This document shows positions 24,027-37,986 of a stretch of 64,000 nt of DNA, piece after piece. The notes below the pieces were generated by a model that saw only the letters and a list, made by a program, of their open reading frames with translations, did not search any database and was not told the origin of the DNA. Both the position numbers and the translations under genes were made by a program. The stretch comes from Octopus sinensis (lineage: Eukaryota): assembly GCF_006345805.1 (NCBI RefSeq), contig NC_042999.1, positions 34,472,001 through 34,536,000 on the forward strand, in the 5' to 3' direction. Numbering within the stretch: the stretch's first letter is position 1; every line of letters starts with the position of its first letter.

Positions 24027-24215
24027 GTTGAAAAAGTTGACCAATTATATTCTATCCTACCCTAATTATATTTACTTCGATAATAACCCTTTACATGGCA
24101 AGTCTAAATTTCAAAACATTGTGTAGCAAACACTTGAAGAATGACCAAATTTTTACTTTCCATAGCTTTGTCTCACTCTCTCTCTTTCTCTTTCTCTGTC
24201 TCCCCCTCTCTCTCT

Positions 24216-24246
<31 letters not shown>

Positions 24247-26279
24247 CGCACGCACATGTGTAGTGTGTGTGTGTGTATTCATACATATCTACTTGTATGT
24301 GTGTCAAACAGATTTACATCTTTACATATTTAACTATAACTGTAACTATATTTAACTTGCTTTTACAATATTGATTTCATCTCTCATCTGCTAGACAATC
24401 TACTCCGTAAATAGAACTTTCGTAGTAGCTGTCAGTTTCCTATATCTGGCCGATTATAGAGAAGCCCCATATGAGCTTGTATTTTCATCTATTTTCTATC
24501 CCTCGTTTCAATATTCAACACCATTACAGTACCCTCCAGGAAATGCAACGCTTGTAAATTTCATTTACGCATTCTATACAGAGATATAACTATTTCAGTA
24601 TCAACTTTGCCTCATTTCAACTCTATCTTCTATAAATGCACCCCCGCTTCTATTAATTACTTATTCCTACTATCAACCCAAGTGTCATTCCTAAGTAACA
24701 ACTGCTTCTCACCTTACTAGCTTATATAGAAATAATGCGTGCTTATATTTAGAATACATATATATTTGACTATCCTGTCATAATCAAGTACCAAATCGTT
24801 TTCATTAGCAAACACTTTATAAAATATTAACGTTTTTCTAATATCAGGTTAAATTGTTCTTAATGTGTGCATAGCTGACTGTTTAAGAAATTTACTTTGC
24901 AATCAGTTGTTTGGCTTCGGATTCAGTCCCACTGTACAACACATCGGGCATATGTACATCAATATAATTCGGACGGACCAATGCTTTCTGAGTGAATATA
25001 GTCAAACACATCTGTGCAGCATCCTCATTCACATACATCATTATATGAATCCAAACATATGTATTTGTATATATCCATTTAGTTATTTATATTTGCACTG
25101 ATCACACAAAATACAGTGGTTCACCAAAAAAGAAAATGTCAGAATAAGTATTAGACTTAAAAAATAAGTACTGAAAATGAGTTGATTGATCAAGCCCCTT
25201 CACATCAGCTCTCAAATAACTGCAGGAACAACATAGTAACTAAAGAAACAGCATGGTTTTATTTAATCGCAGTTTGGAGAGTTTACACTAGAATATCACT
25301 TTTGACCTCAAAACCTAATACTCATCTGGTATCTATACATCAGCTTCCATAAATATAAACCACTTTCTAATTACTTCTGTCGCCTTGTCACGTAAACACC
25401 ACCATACACATTCAAGTAGAAAATTATATACAAACATAGCTTCTTTGTAACAACACCATACCAGGTGATAGCAACAGAACATCAATTTACATATTGATTA
25501 CAAATTAAATTTTATTCCCTATGATATTCAAATTATAATTATACTTCCCCCTATTTTTCTCAATTTCTGTTCTTGGATGTGTTTTGAAGTTGATTAATTA
25601 CATTCATCATGACAATACATATTTTTTTAATCATAAATTAAATCATAATTTGTTATAAAATTCAACATTCGTGCATCACAATTCCTCCCCCGAAATTATT
25701 AGTTTCTAATTTAGATGCAAGAGTGACAATTTTGAGGTGGACTGGTTCACTGGATAGCTTCGACTCCAATTTGTGACTTGGCTGATAATTTAATTTATAG
25801 ACTCCAGAATGGAAACAAAGGAAGCTGACGCGTGATCTGAATTCAGATTTATATATGCATATACGAACGTATATATCTACAATTATTTGCATGAGTACAT
25901 GTGTGTGCGCATGTGTGTGTGTGTATGAGCTCTACCATGAGTGCTACTGGAATTAGTGCTACATGGAATCCATTAGTGCTACATGGAATCCAGTACAAAC
26001 ATTCGCATGGTCGGGTCATAGGTGACTAAACCGGCACCAACACCGGGCGTGCCTGGTGAAGAAGCTTTGCTAGAAACTCAGCAGAACTAAAAGCAAGACC
26101 AGCCAAAAGGACAGATGAGCCTAGTGTAGCACGGGTCCTCAGAAATTCTGGGATGGTGTGCTGCGAGCTGGAAGACCACTCTGAGTGAGGTAGACTTAGC
26201 TTTTGCTAAATGATGTCTCCATTAAAATTAGATATGCAAGGAATTGTATTCAACATTTCGAGAACGTTGAGATCATGAC

Positions 26280-26580
26280 TTCATGGCTATCCGACTTTCC
26301 TGAAAGTTGGAGCCATACCGGCACTGGGCATCCTCTCTTAGATTGACACTGCGTCATGTCAGTAGGATGGTGGGGTCTGTGAGGTGCTGCGTAAGCCTTA
26401 TTTGACTTAAAATCATAAGACTGTCCGATGCCCGGTTGAGTAGTAGGGTGCTGTGGCAAGCATGGAAGATGAGGACAAGAACTTGGTTGAAGATGATTTG
26501 TAATGCAATAACATCATGCACCAGCATTGTTGACATTTTGCGAGGGAAATAATTAGCGATGGCCTTCTTCGATCACTAGT
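26280..26580 (+). pseudogene. Highly decayed LINE (RTE-like) 3' remnant
   Basis: Broken peptides ..RHVSRM.. and GKHGR*G..RTWLKMI resemble the C-terminal GKRGRGRPRTRW motif of RTE-type ORFs. Confidence 0.35.
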
Positions 26581-26591
26581 GGACAGCCTCC

Positions 26592-26622
<31 letters not shown>

Positions 26623-29600
26623 ATATTATATATATATATTATATATATATATACATTCATGCACATACATATTTGAGCATGTTTTATCTTTGTATTACAT
26701 CACAACTATATTTTTTACAACATATCGATATATCAAAACTGGTATATCAATGCAGATATTTTTTTATTTCATTATCAGCATTGACAAATACCATTGATTT
26801 GGTTTTATCTATCAGCAATATCAGAACAAAAGCGTTGTATTTTAAGGATATAGTATCACATACGATAAAAGATTATTCAACAAGAATGAAAAAGCAAAAT
26901 AGAAGAAAAACTTTCTGAAAAGTGCTATGTGAATTGCAACAGAAAACAACATAAAATGCGAAATAATAAAGTCGTCCATTTTGTTATAGATTCCAAACAA
27001 ATTAACTTAACAAATATTGATTTAATGTCATAACATTCTCTCTCGTTCATCTGTGTCAGTTTTTAAAGTAGATTTAACTCTACTGATCATTGACTAGTCT
27101 GACAGTTTATAAACAAATGTCTGATTATTTAAACTCTATATTGATTGACTATTAAAGGAAAGGAAAATGAGCTGATAAAGTGAAAGAAGTTGATATCGAT
27201 TTCCATTTCGTCTCTCTTCTCTCTTGGCATACATATTTTTATGTGTGTGTTCGTGTGCATACACACACACTCACACAAAAACACACAAACACATACATAC
27301 GTAAACGTATTAGTAAATTCGAAAACTATATATACATATCTCGCATTTGTGTTAAAAATATCTTTACGTAGGAAACGTTTACCAAACGACGCAATAAAGT
27401 TAAGTAAAATCAGATTTTTATATCAATAATATATTGATAAATAAGGGATAAAACGTTTAAACTTACTAAAGCATTACATTGAATCTAGTGGCTATATGTA
27501 CACACGCACACAGACTTAGAGTGCGGATATGATGCGACACCAACTCAAAGAAACTGATTTCAGTAATTATTTTTTTTTAACGTCTGGTACTTATTCTGTT
27601 GTAACCTTTTGATGTAACAGCAAATTATGAGGAGGTTAAAAAAACCGACACCGTTTTTCTACCAACGCTGAGGGACAAACAGCAACGCAGAATCACGTAC
27701 GCAGAAATATACGCGACCAGCTTCGACATAGTTTTGTCCAACAAATTTCCTCACAAGGATTCGTCGACCTAGGTTCTATAGTGGAAGGCACTTGGCCAAA
27801 GTGCTGTCCAATGGGACCGATCCCAAAACCACATACCTACACCTATATTTTATTTCTTCTATCCAGATATAAATTCATGTTCAAGTAGTCGTATGTTTAG
27901 AACAACCACCACAATACCTAAAGAACACAAAGTAGTAAGAGATAGTTTTAATTGGATGTTACTAGAAAGTTCGACTATTACGTTGCACTGGAGAAACATT
28001 TATGGAATTGATTTGCTCCTGTTGATCTGAAAGTGGCAAAAAAAGAGACACCCAGAAAAATTAGCATCGGACAAATCTACGCATGTTCTTTGTCAAATGA
28101 ATCTATCAGGTAATTGACAAGTGAAATTTTGCCTTTCAAAAAGTAGATGAACATCCTTGTACTGCTGCATGTGTTGTGTAGTAGTGAAATAATGTAACCC
28201 GGGGCATACAATGGAAGGAACATTGCATTATATATTTTCTAAAACTCTCATCGGACAGAGAGGTGCAGTCGAAACTTGCTGAACCGTTAACTCAGAGATC
28301 TGTTGATCGAAACTAATTTTTTTAAACAAATGAGTACTATATTTGATACTTACACATCGCAATTGAATTGCATGCAAATATACTAACATTATACTTGTGT
28401 GTGTGCGTGCGTGCGTGCATGTGTATATGTGTATATGTTTGTATGTATGCAAGAGAAGGTACAAATTGTATTTTCAATAGAAATTTACTCATGGTCAAGA
28501 GACCACCAAGTGACTGGAGTAAACACCGGACCCCCAAGTAGTGAAGTGGGCCGCGACGACAGCCACAACAAAAGTATTCACGTAGTATACTGAGTTTACA
28601 AGCTCGCATGCTACGCTACATTAGGAAAACACTTGAATTAACTTGCTTCTTGAAATATCTTGCAACATGACTAATGATAACTAATGAACGAATTTTATAT
28701 CTCAAATATATAATGTTAAACTTAGCTATGCACGGAAACAGGTAAATTTGAATCATAAAGTTTATCAATCCTGCAAGTGACTGCCCAACGCCATAAGACT
28801 ACTGGCCTTGTGCGAAAAGTGGAAAACATTGTCATTTCTATTATCATAATACCAATTATTGCGGTATTATAATCAGATGTGTAACGAAGGTTTAGACGGC
28901 AAACGCAGATAGTATTTACTATGGCCTGGAGTGGGGAGCATCGTGCATGTTTTAAAAATACAAAGTTTTTTTTCTGATATCTTCATGTGTTTGTTTTTTT
29001 TAACTTTTGAAATAGGGGCAGCCTTTCTACCGCACCGTGTAGTTAAAGGTTCGACAAAAAATGCCTCATCTGGTTTGCAATGATAGTCATACTAAATCAA
29101 GCACAATGTGGGCCTATCTGCAGACAAATTACACAAATAAGAGATATGCATGATGTCAAGTACCACAGAAATGTGATATTCATTTATATCTAATTGTATA
29201 AATGGCTTTCTGGCATCATCATGACACTTAAAACCGGTTAGATTGAAAAGAGTTGAAGTTCCTCAAGTTTGATGCTTTCCATTTACTGAAGACCCTTAAG
29301 CCACGAGTTTTGTTTTTACTTTTGTATTTGCATTTAGTTTACATTTGTTTGAAAAATTATGTTTTTAAAGTTACGTCAAGCTCCATAGATGGGTCTGCCA
29401 AATATATCCTTAACAATGGTGACAATACTGGAAATATTGATAAAATGGACATTAAAGTTTGTGAAAAACCATGATACGATTAAGCAAAATAGATTTCATT
29501 TTTGAAATCAACGCCCCAAAATTACCAGCAGCATGTCTCCAACACCAGACGACAAAAATGTCGTGTTCCCCATTGTTATAATAGCATTTGTATTATGTAC

Positions 29601-30085
29601 TATTCTTAATGATACATAATGATACCGCCATAAATCTGCAGTAATTGCTTATTACTGCGCATGAAATTATATGTGATATATATATCATTATCATATTGCT
29701 CTTTGTTTGAGGTTGTTCATGTTCTTTGCTTTTTTAAAAGTTTTCTGTAAAGTGCGTTGCGGCAAAAAGTAATATTTGCTATTAAATGCATTATATGTAT
29801 TTCTATAATTTTTTATAATTACCACAAAAGTGCATCATATGTGTGTATATGTATGCAAATATTTCTGTTTATACATATGTGTCTGTATGTATGTTGTATG
29901 TGTGTCAGTGTCTGTGTAGAACAAACAAGAGAATTAGAACGCAAAACACGCACATACACACGCACACACACACACACAGACAGACACACACATACATATA
30001 TAAAGGTAAAGTTACTTAAAGTGCTGAAATGTCTTTTTTACACACGCACATATGTAAATATATATTCTTGTCCCATTTTGTATTT

Positions 30086-30500
<415 letters not shown>

Positions 30501-31260
30501 ATGTCGGCGTACGTACGCTTTGTTCTTTTATATGTAAGTATACACTTTACATAATTTTGTACGATTCTATTTCTATCAACCCTTTCATGCTTATTCGTTC
30601 ATTCCAATCTCCGTTCTTTCTCCCCCCCCCTCTCACTTTTCTTTGCCCTCTTCTCTTACTCACTTTTCACTTCACGGTGTCCCTGTCATTTTTTTCTCGC
30701 CCCTTCTTAATTCTTCAGTCCATTTGCTTCTATAACTGTTTCTCTCTCTTCTCTTCCCCCTCCTTGATTCTCTTGTTCCTCTTTTTCTCTCTCATCTATT
30801 CCCACGTGGCCGATAGACCAGACTGCTAGCTCTCTTTTTGGGTCTAACCGTGGTCAGTGCAACATCGATATTCTTCCCTGTGTTCGTACAACCCTTGTAT
30901 CTCTGCCGTAAGGCTTCATTTCCACACACGCCAGCTGAATTCAATTCATCGCCAGTCGAAAGACACCTGTTGCTATGTCCTGTTATTATTTTTATTGTAT
31001 TTATATTGTATTTATATTTGTGTAACGCCGTCTGTTTTTCCGTCCATGTTTTCATTTACATTCGATGCTTTCTTCCAAGGAATATAATGCTCTTAGCTTA
31101 GTTTTTCCTTTGGGGCTGGCCAGATTGGAGCAATTTCAACACTAATCAGCCGAAATTGCGAGGAAGACCTGTTTCTTCAGTGAGTATAGAAAGCTTCAAA
31201 TGACCCTTCCTTGTTTTTTTTTGCATCGTCTATCTGGATGTTTTGTTTCTCTTTTTGTAT
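30501..31260 (+). repeat. Dispersed pyrimidine-rich repeat, copy 2
   Basis: Collinear with 1545-2255. Confidence 0.8.
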
Positions 31261-31305
31261 TTCATATATATATATGTGTGTGTGTGTGTATGTGTGTGTA
31301 TTGTC

Positions 31306-31684
31306 GCAGCACCACGTCGTTTACGACGACGAGGGTAGCAGTTGATCCAATCTACGGAACAGCCTGCTCTTGCAATTAACGTGCAAGTGGCTGAGTACTC
31401 CACAAATACGTGTTCCCTTAGCGTATTTCTCGGCGAGATTCAGCGTGACACAGTGAGTGACAAGGCTGCCACTTTGAAATACAGGTACAACAGAAAAAGG
31501 AGGAAGGAGTGAGAGAAACTTGTGGTGAAATAGTGCAGCAGGGTTCGGCCCCAACCCACGCCGGAGATCGTGGAGCTTTAGGTGTTTTCGCTCAATAAAC
31601 ACTCACAATGCCCGCTCTGGGAATCGAAACCGCGATCCTACGATCGCGAGTCCGCTGCCCTAACCACTGGGCCATTGTGCCTCC
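31306..31684 (-). mobile_element. tRNA-derived SINE, full length
   Basis: Minus strand begins ggaggcacaatggcccagtggttagggcagcggactcgcgatcgtaggatcgcggtttcgattccc (A and B boxes). Confidence 0.9.
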
Positions 31685-31723
31685 ACACACACACACACGC
31701 ACATACACGCGCGCGCACGCGGA

Positions 31724-31935
31724 ATAGATGAAACAGTGGCGGCTGAAGAAGGGTAATTTTTCTTGTGTTGTATGTCTTGTACTCTATTTTTTCGTTGTTT
31801 AAGAAAAATGTCCATTTCCTTGGTTTTGTGTTTATGTTTTCGTTTCTAATTGTGTTCGACGTTTTTTGGTGTCCTCTACCCATATATGCATGCATATATA
31901 CATATAGATGTAGGTACGCACATATATGTATGTAT
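31724..31935 (+). repeat. Dispersed repeat beginning tagatgaaacag..ctgaagaaggg, copy 1
   Basis: Homologous to 60067-60300. Confidence 0.7.
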
Positions 31936-31972
31936 ATATGCATATGTTTTATTTATTAATTTGTTATTATAT

Positions 31973-32017
<45 letters not shown>

Positions 32018-32589
32018 GTGTGTACGTTTGTGCGTTGTATGTGTGTATGTCTAATGTGAAAATAGTATCAACATTACTAGCACCTGTAGATTGGCGGAAT
32101 CGCCAGAAGGCCGGTGAAAACCTACATGCATTTACGACGCTTACCGTTCTGTGAGCATATCCCACCGATGTCGTTTAGACATTGTAATTCTGAGGGTAAA
32201 ACACATTATAAGTTAATAACTTGGTTTTATTTAACTCAGTATAACCATACCCAGTAATGTGAAACTTACTTCTTGGTGTAGATGTAAATGTTAAAATTAT
32301 TGATTTCAATGCAGGAATTTCAGGAGAAATATAAAAAAAAAATAGATTCAATGTCACCGGAGCAGTTACATCAATATTTCACGTGGCTGAAGTTTATAAA
32401 TACGATGGATTGATAAATCACTTAATGCGGTTATTTTAATTCGGTTAAGAAAGATATACTGCTCCAATAGATACCATAGTCGGTTAACAGACAGGAATTT
32501 AAGATTAGAATTAACCCAGTTTCCTGCATTAATGGTCACAAACAAAGAATGACATAAAAATTACACACAGATACACACACACACCCCCC

Positions 32590-32620
<31 letters not shown>

Positions 32621-32743
32621 AGAGGCACACACACATACAGAGAAATTACAGTGAAGTTCATATATATGTAACTACACTTGGACTGTTGGCGATTTTTTAC
32701 CTCCTTCTTCCTTTTTGCTTCGACTGTTACTTTGTCGCCTGTT

Positions 32744-33130
32744 TCCGAAGTAGAAATTTGCCCGAAACGTAAAATAAGCACTATTTCTTTCCTTCCGTGA
32801 GCGTTTTATTAATACTTTGCACATACCACGTCCTCGCGTTGTTGTTTTTTTCTTTCCTGTTGTCTTTTTTTCTCCGTGGCTGTGTGGTAAATAGATTACT
32901 TACCAGTCACATGATCCCGGATTCGATCCCATATTCACAATATGACCGCGTGTGTACCGTTGGCGATTTTTTCCCTCCGTCTTCCCTTCTTTGGATATTT
33001 CCTTTTTTCCTATGCTTCTGACAAAGAGCTCCGCTCGAAACGTTAAACCATCCATCGTTCCTTCTTTCCTGAGCGTCCAATAATAGTATACTTGTTCCAC
33101 GTGCTCGCGTTGTTGTGTTTTCTCTTTGCG
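32744..33130 (+). repeat. Two tandem degenerate hammerhead-bearing units (PLE pLTR/retrozyme-like), separated by a SINE head
   Basis: Unit 2: ctgacaa-a-gag-ctccg-ctc-GAAACGTT (33018-33044). Unit 1: ..gcccGAAACGT (32744-32772). Both are followed by homologous 'tgagcgt..taata..ccacgt(c/g)ctcgcgttgttgt'. Confidence 0.6.
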
Positions 33131-33880
33131 TTTTCGTGTTTGGATTAACTATATATATATATATATACATGTACGTGTATGTGTTCGTGTTTGTGTGTCT
33201 GTGTTTGTCTCCGCACCATTGCTTGACAAACAGAGTTGGTGTGCTTGCGTTCTCGTGAGCTAGTGGTTCGACAAAAGAAACCGACGGAATAAGTACTATG
33301 CTTAGAAATAATAAGTGCCGAGGTTGATTTGGGGGCTCGACTGCATGGCCGCAGTGAAATGACTGATACAAATGAAAGAATGAAAAAAATTAAAGTTAAT
33401 ATATATATATTTATATAAATCTAATAGCCACTACGTGTCCTAAACTGAGATTTGACCAAACACTGAAATGATGATGTGATAACAAGATATTAAGGTAGGT
33501 TATTTGAGCATTCGCGAATAAGTTATTACCTTATCACCTCACCATTGCTTGATTATTTGGGTGAAGGATGAATTTCCCAATAACGGTGCAGTACATTGTA
33601 CAAGAAATATACAGGCCCTATGCTATTTTGAAAATAAATAGTGAAATTTCTTCTAGATAGATGTATGCTAATGTCTACAGTAATACATCATTGTAGCACT
33701 GCATGTTAGTACAGTATATAGAACGAAATACGTACAATGAAATAAAAGTAGCTTAAAAGATAAAGGCGTCTATAAAACATATCGATATAATGTTCCTTGG
33801 ATGTTTCTATAGGTAAATGATTCACAATATTACAGAAGCATATGATACTACAATGTCAAAGGGCATATAATATCGTAAAA

Positions 33881-34265
33881 ATAAAGGTCAAATATATTAA
33901 AAGTTAATAATTGTGCTTGATTCAACAATTTTACCATCACCTATATTTTTACCATCACCTATATTGCTTGCAGCAGATATCAATGTTGAAAATGTGTCAG
34001 GAGAAATATAAAATATAAAGAAACTGGTTCAAGGTCACAGGTGCGAGAGATACAGCAACAAAAATTCTTACAGTTGAAATGAATATAGATTAAAACCTAA
34101 AGACCTCTGTTGAACCTATCGATATAGCGTTTCTTTGATATTTGTAGTTGTGTGATATAAAATAATATATTGTTTTGAAAACTAATATAAAATATTTAAA
34201 TAAAAAGTAGGATACGATGAGTAGTGATGCGTGACTGGTTTTCATACAAAAGCCTTGTCGAACAG

Positions 34266-34304
<39 letters not shown>

Positions 34305-34420
34305 TTGTACATTGATGTGCAATATATGTATATGACTGTTCGACAAGGCTTTTGTATGAAAACCAGTCACGCATCACTACTCATCGTATCCTACTTTTTA
34401 TTTATATATATATATATATA

Positions 34421-34499
<79 letters not shown>

Positions 34500-34659
34500 T
34501 ATATAAATAAAAAGTAGGATACGATGAGTAGTGATGCGTATATATATATAATATATATATAAATAAAAAGTAGGATACGATGAGTAGTGATGCGTGACTG
34601 GTTTTCATACAAAAGCCTTGTCGAACAGTCATATACATATATTGCACATCAATGTACAA

Positions 34660-34726
<67 letters not shown>

Positions 34727-35108
34727 CTGTTCGACAAGGCTTTTGTATGAAAACCAGTCACGCATCACTACTCATCGTATCCTACTTTTTATTTATATAT
34801 TTTATATTAGTTTTCAAAACAATATATTATTTTATATCACACATCTACAAATATCAAAGAAACGCTATATCGATAGGTTCAACAGAGGTCTTTAGGTTTT
34901 AATCTATATTCATTTCAACTGTAAGAATTTTTGCTGCTGTATCTCTCGCACCTGTGACCTTGAACCAGTTTCTTTATATTTTATATTTCTCCTGACACAT
35001 TTTCAACATTGATATCTGCTGCAAGCAATATAGGTGATGGTAAAAATATAGGTGATGGTAAAATTGTTGAATCAAGCACAATTATTAACTTTTAATATAT
35101 TTGACCTT

Positions 35109-35111
<3 letters not shown>
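33881..35111. repeat. 1.23-kb palindrome (inverted duplication) with nested 69-bp inverted repeats
   Basis: 33881-34403 is the reverse complement of 34561-35111 (about 3 substitutions plus different TA lengths); unit U at 34198-34266, 34335-34403 (inverted), 34505-34539 (partial), 34561-34629 and 34726-34794 (inverted). Confidence 0.95.
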
Positions 35112-35194
<83 letters not shown>

Positions 35195-37857
35195 TATGTT
35201 GATAAATAAAGACAAGGATAAATATGTACATTGGTAAATGAGTAGTTACGAAATGAAAGACGTCAATGTGGAAAATTATTTGCCAGGAGAGCGTAATAAA
35301 GATAACGCTCTAGATTTGATATCGGTTTGCTGACAAAATCCGTAATATAAATATTTACTTTGAAATCTTAGCTATTTGCAATGCTTCCGTTTTATGCCTT
35401 ACTTATATACCGTAATTTACGGCAACTGATTCTATATTATAGAGTGAAAACATGGAGCGTAAATATACAAACATCGTCATTTCCTTTCCAAATGCTCTTG
35501 CATTTCACATGGAAGCGTTGGTTCTCCAAGGTAATTTTGATGATTAATCGACATATCTTTTGGTTGTAAATACTGGTCTGAAAGTTTGGATTTGTATGCC
35601 GAAAACATATTTCCTATGATTGAACATGTGACCAGTAAGGTGTAACCAAAGAATACATAGAAATTTCTGCATGCAAGAAATCGATCGCCCACAATGTTTG
35701 TCTTCGGACTATTCATACAAACATTCGGATTGTTCAACTAAGTACTAAGTGAGATCCGTGCTTTTAATTTTAAAAAAATATTCTGTTAACTCATATCAGG
35801 AAATCAGTCTGAATATCGTATCATATCCTACCTACATTTACAAATGTGGGAACTACCTAATAACGTTGCTTTTACATAGGTCAAGCCCCAAGCGTGAGGC
35901 CGAAAGAAAACTCAGAAATCGTTCCACGACTTACGAACTAAGTTATACATCAAGAGAAGTCACACAACTATACTGCATTATGCCATCAGAAGAGGGGCTG
36001 CTACATACCAACTAAGAACATGTATAATTATAATCCCAGGAGGCTACAAGCTGACAGCAACATTGATAAATTGACTTATACATCTTGAACTAATAAGTGG
36101 GACATTAGATCTCACTTTGATGATTATTCTTTCGCAATACAAGAACAGGAAATCGTTACTCGAAGAAGAGGATGCAGATAAATCATTGATGTTCATTAAC
36201 TAAATCAGGTTTTGGGAATCAATATGGGATATATCATGCGTAACTGCCTGAAAATATCCTCATATTAATATCAGTATTTAAGACATGGTACAATGACTAG
36301 AAGACTTTATAAAGAAAAAGCTAGAGAAGCTATTCTGAATATTTGCAAAGGCATTCTACCAGCAATAATTCTCTCTGGAATTGAGTCGAAAACAAAAATA
36401 GTCATTTAGTTTTCATCTTTAATAAATAATCAATCTTCCGTAATTGACTACGTTAGAAAGTGAAACTAGCTTTAAATCTAGAAAAACAAGTAGCTCGTGT
36501 CGAATGGTCTACGTCTCCGGCACTTAACTCCTCGTGAATATATTTTTTACGAACTATTATTAAAAAAAGGTTGAAATAAATATTGGATTGTAACTAGGGA
36601 TAAATATTGACGTATTTGTGTTTAAGAAGTTGAAATGGCCTTGCCCGATGCCACTGCATAGCATCTTATCGAAATTTCTCCTATCGCATTCTCATGTTTA
36701 TTAACGCTTTTGGCATCATGTTTTGATTTGCCTAGAATTCTGTAAAACATTGTTCGATGACCCATTTTCTTTCCTGGGTGGTAAACTGGATGGAGACCAG
36801 CACCGGCTTCTGGGTGTCTTTAGCTGAGCTATTGCAAACGTTTTGATCAGGGTTTCTGGGTTAAAGATACTTTACCCGTTACATCCATGAAGATCACAGG
36901 AGCTCTCAAAAGTGCATGAGCGCTATTTATATACCCCCAAAAGTAGATTATTAAAACAAACATTGGATACTCTTGTATCCCTGGGAGTTATCTTTTTTCT
37001 CTCATCTATTATTATAAATCCATCTCCCCACGCTGATATTACTATACATATAATGCCTAGTGTCGAACATCAGTACCAGAGGTTATTAACGACTGAAATT
37101 CTGAACAACTGCGTCCTGCTATCTGTACAACTGCATTTCACAAATCAAAATATATCGATTTTTCAGTATCAGTTTCAATCTAATGAGGTACAATTGCTTG
37201 GTATAGCATCGACTTACTATTTTTATTTACTTACTGACTAATTTAGTAGTGTCTGAGTCTTGCATTTTTGTTCATAACAGTAAAGTTTCAAGAAAGAGTT
37301 CTGGTATCGCAGAGATTCTAAACTTAATTAATGCTACGCATATATCGCAACATGTAGGGGCATGTAATTAATGTAGCAAGTCTAAGTACTTCCACTTCTT
37401 TTAAATTGTCTGGTAGTGTCTAACGACTGGCGAACAATCTTTTTTTCCGGGAAAAACCTCTGAAAATTCTAATTTATCTCCACCTTTTATTCATTATCTT
37501 TTAGTAGGAAATTAGTCTGCTGCAGAAATATTAATATCATTTGACCACAACTTATTACGTTAATGATGCCTATAGAATAGTACAAAGTAGCATCTATACT
37601 GTCACAAATGCACTCACATACACACACACAAACACACACACACACGCAAACACACGTAGTCATATACATGCACATATACATACATGTGTATGTATGTATG
37701 TATGTGTGCATAAATGCATACATGCATACATACATACGTACATGCATATATACAAACATACATATATACATGCATAGATTCATACACACGTACTTACATT
37801 CATGTATACATTCAAAGAGGAAGAAGCAGAAGGAGGAGGAGGCGAAAAAGAAGAAGG

Positions 37858-37860
<3 letters not shown>

Positions 37861-37934
<74 letters not shown>

Positions 37935-37986
37935 CAGCAGCAGTAGAGGAGGAGGAAGAAGAAGAAGAAGAAGAAGAAGAAGAAGA
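37861..37986. repeat. (AGT)n followed by (GAG)/(GAA)n trinucleotide microsatellite
   Basis: Direct inspection. Confidence 0.95.

Noticed and set aside
35477-35737. ORF with YVFFGYTLLVTCSIIGNMFS, resembling GPCR TM1
   Set aside because: A single short hydrophobic stretch with no downstream TM2/TM3 motifs in any frame I could read.
36660-36920. Possible RTE LINE 3' remnant (similar weak signal at 40780-41050)
   Set aside because: Similarity is too degraded to support by eye.
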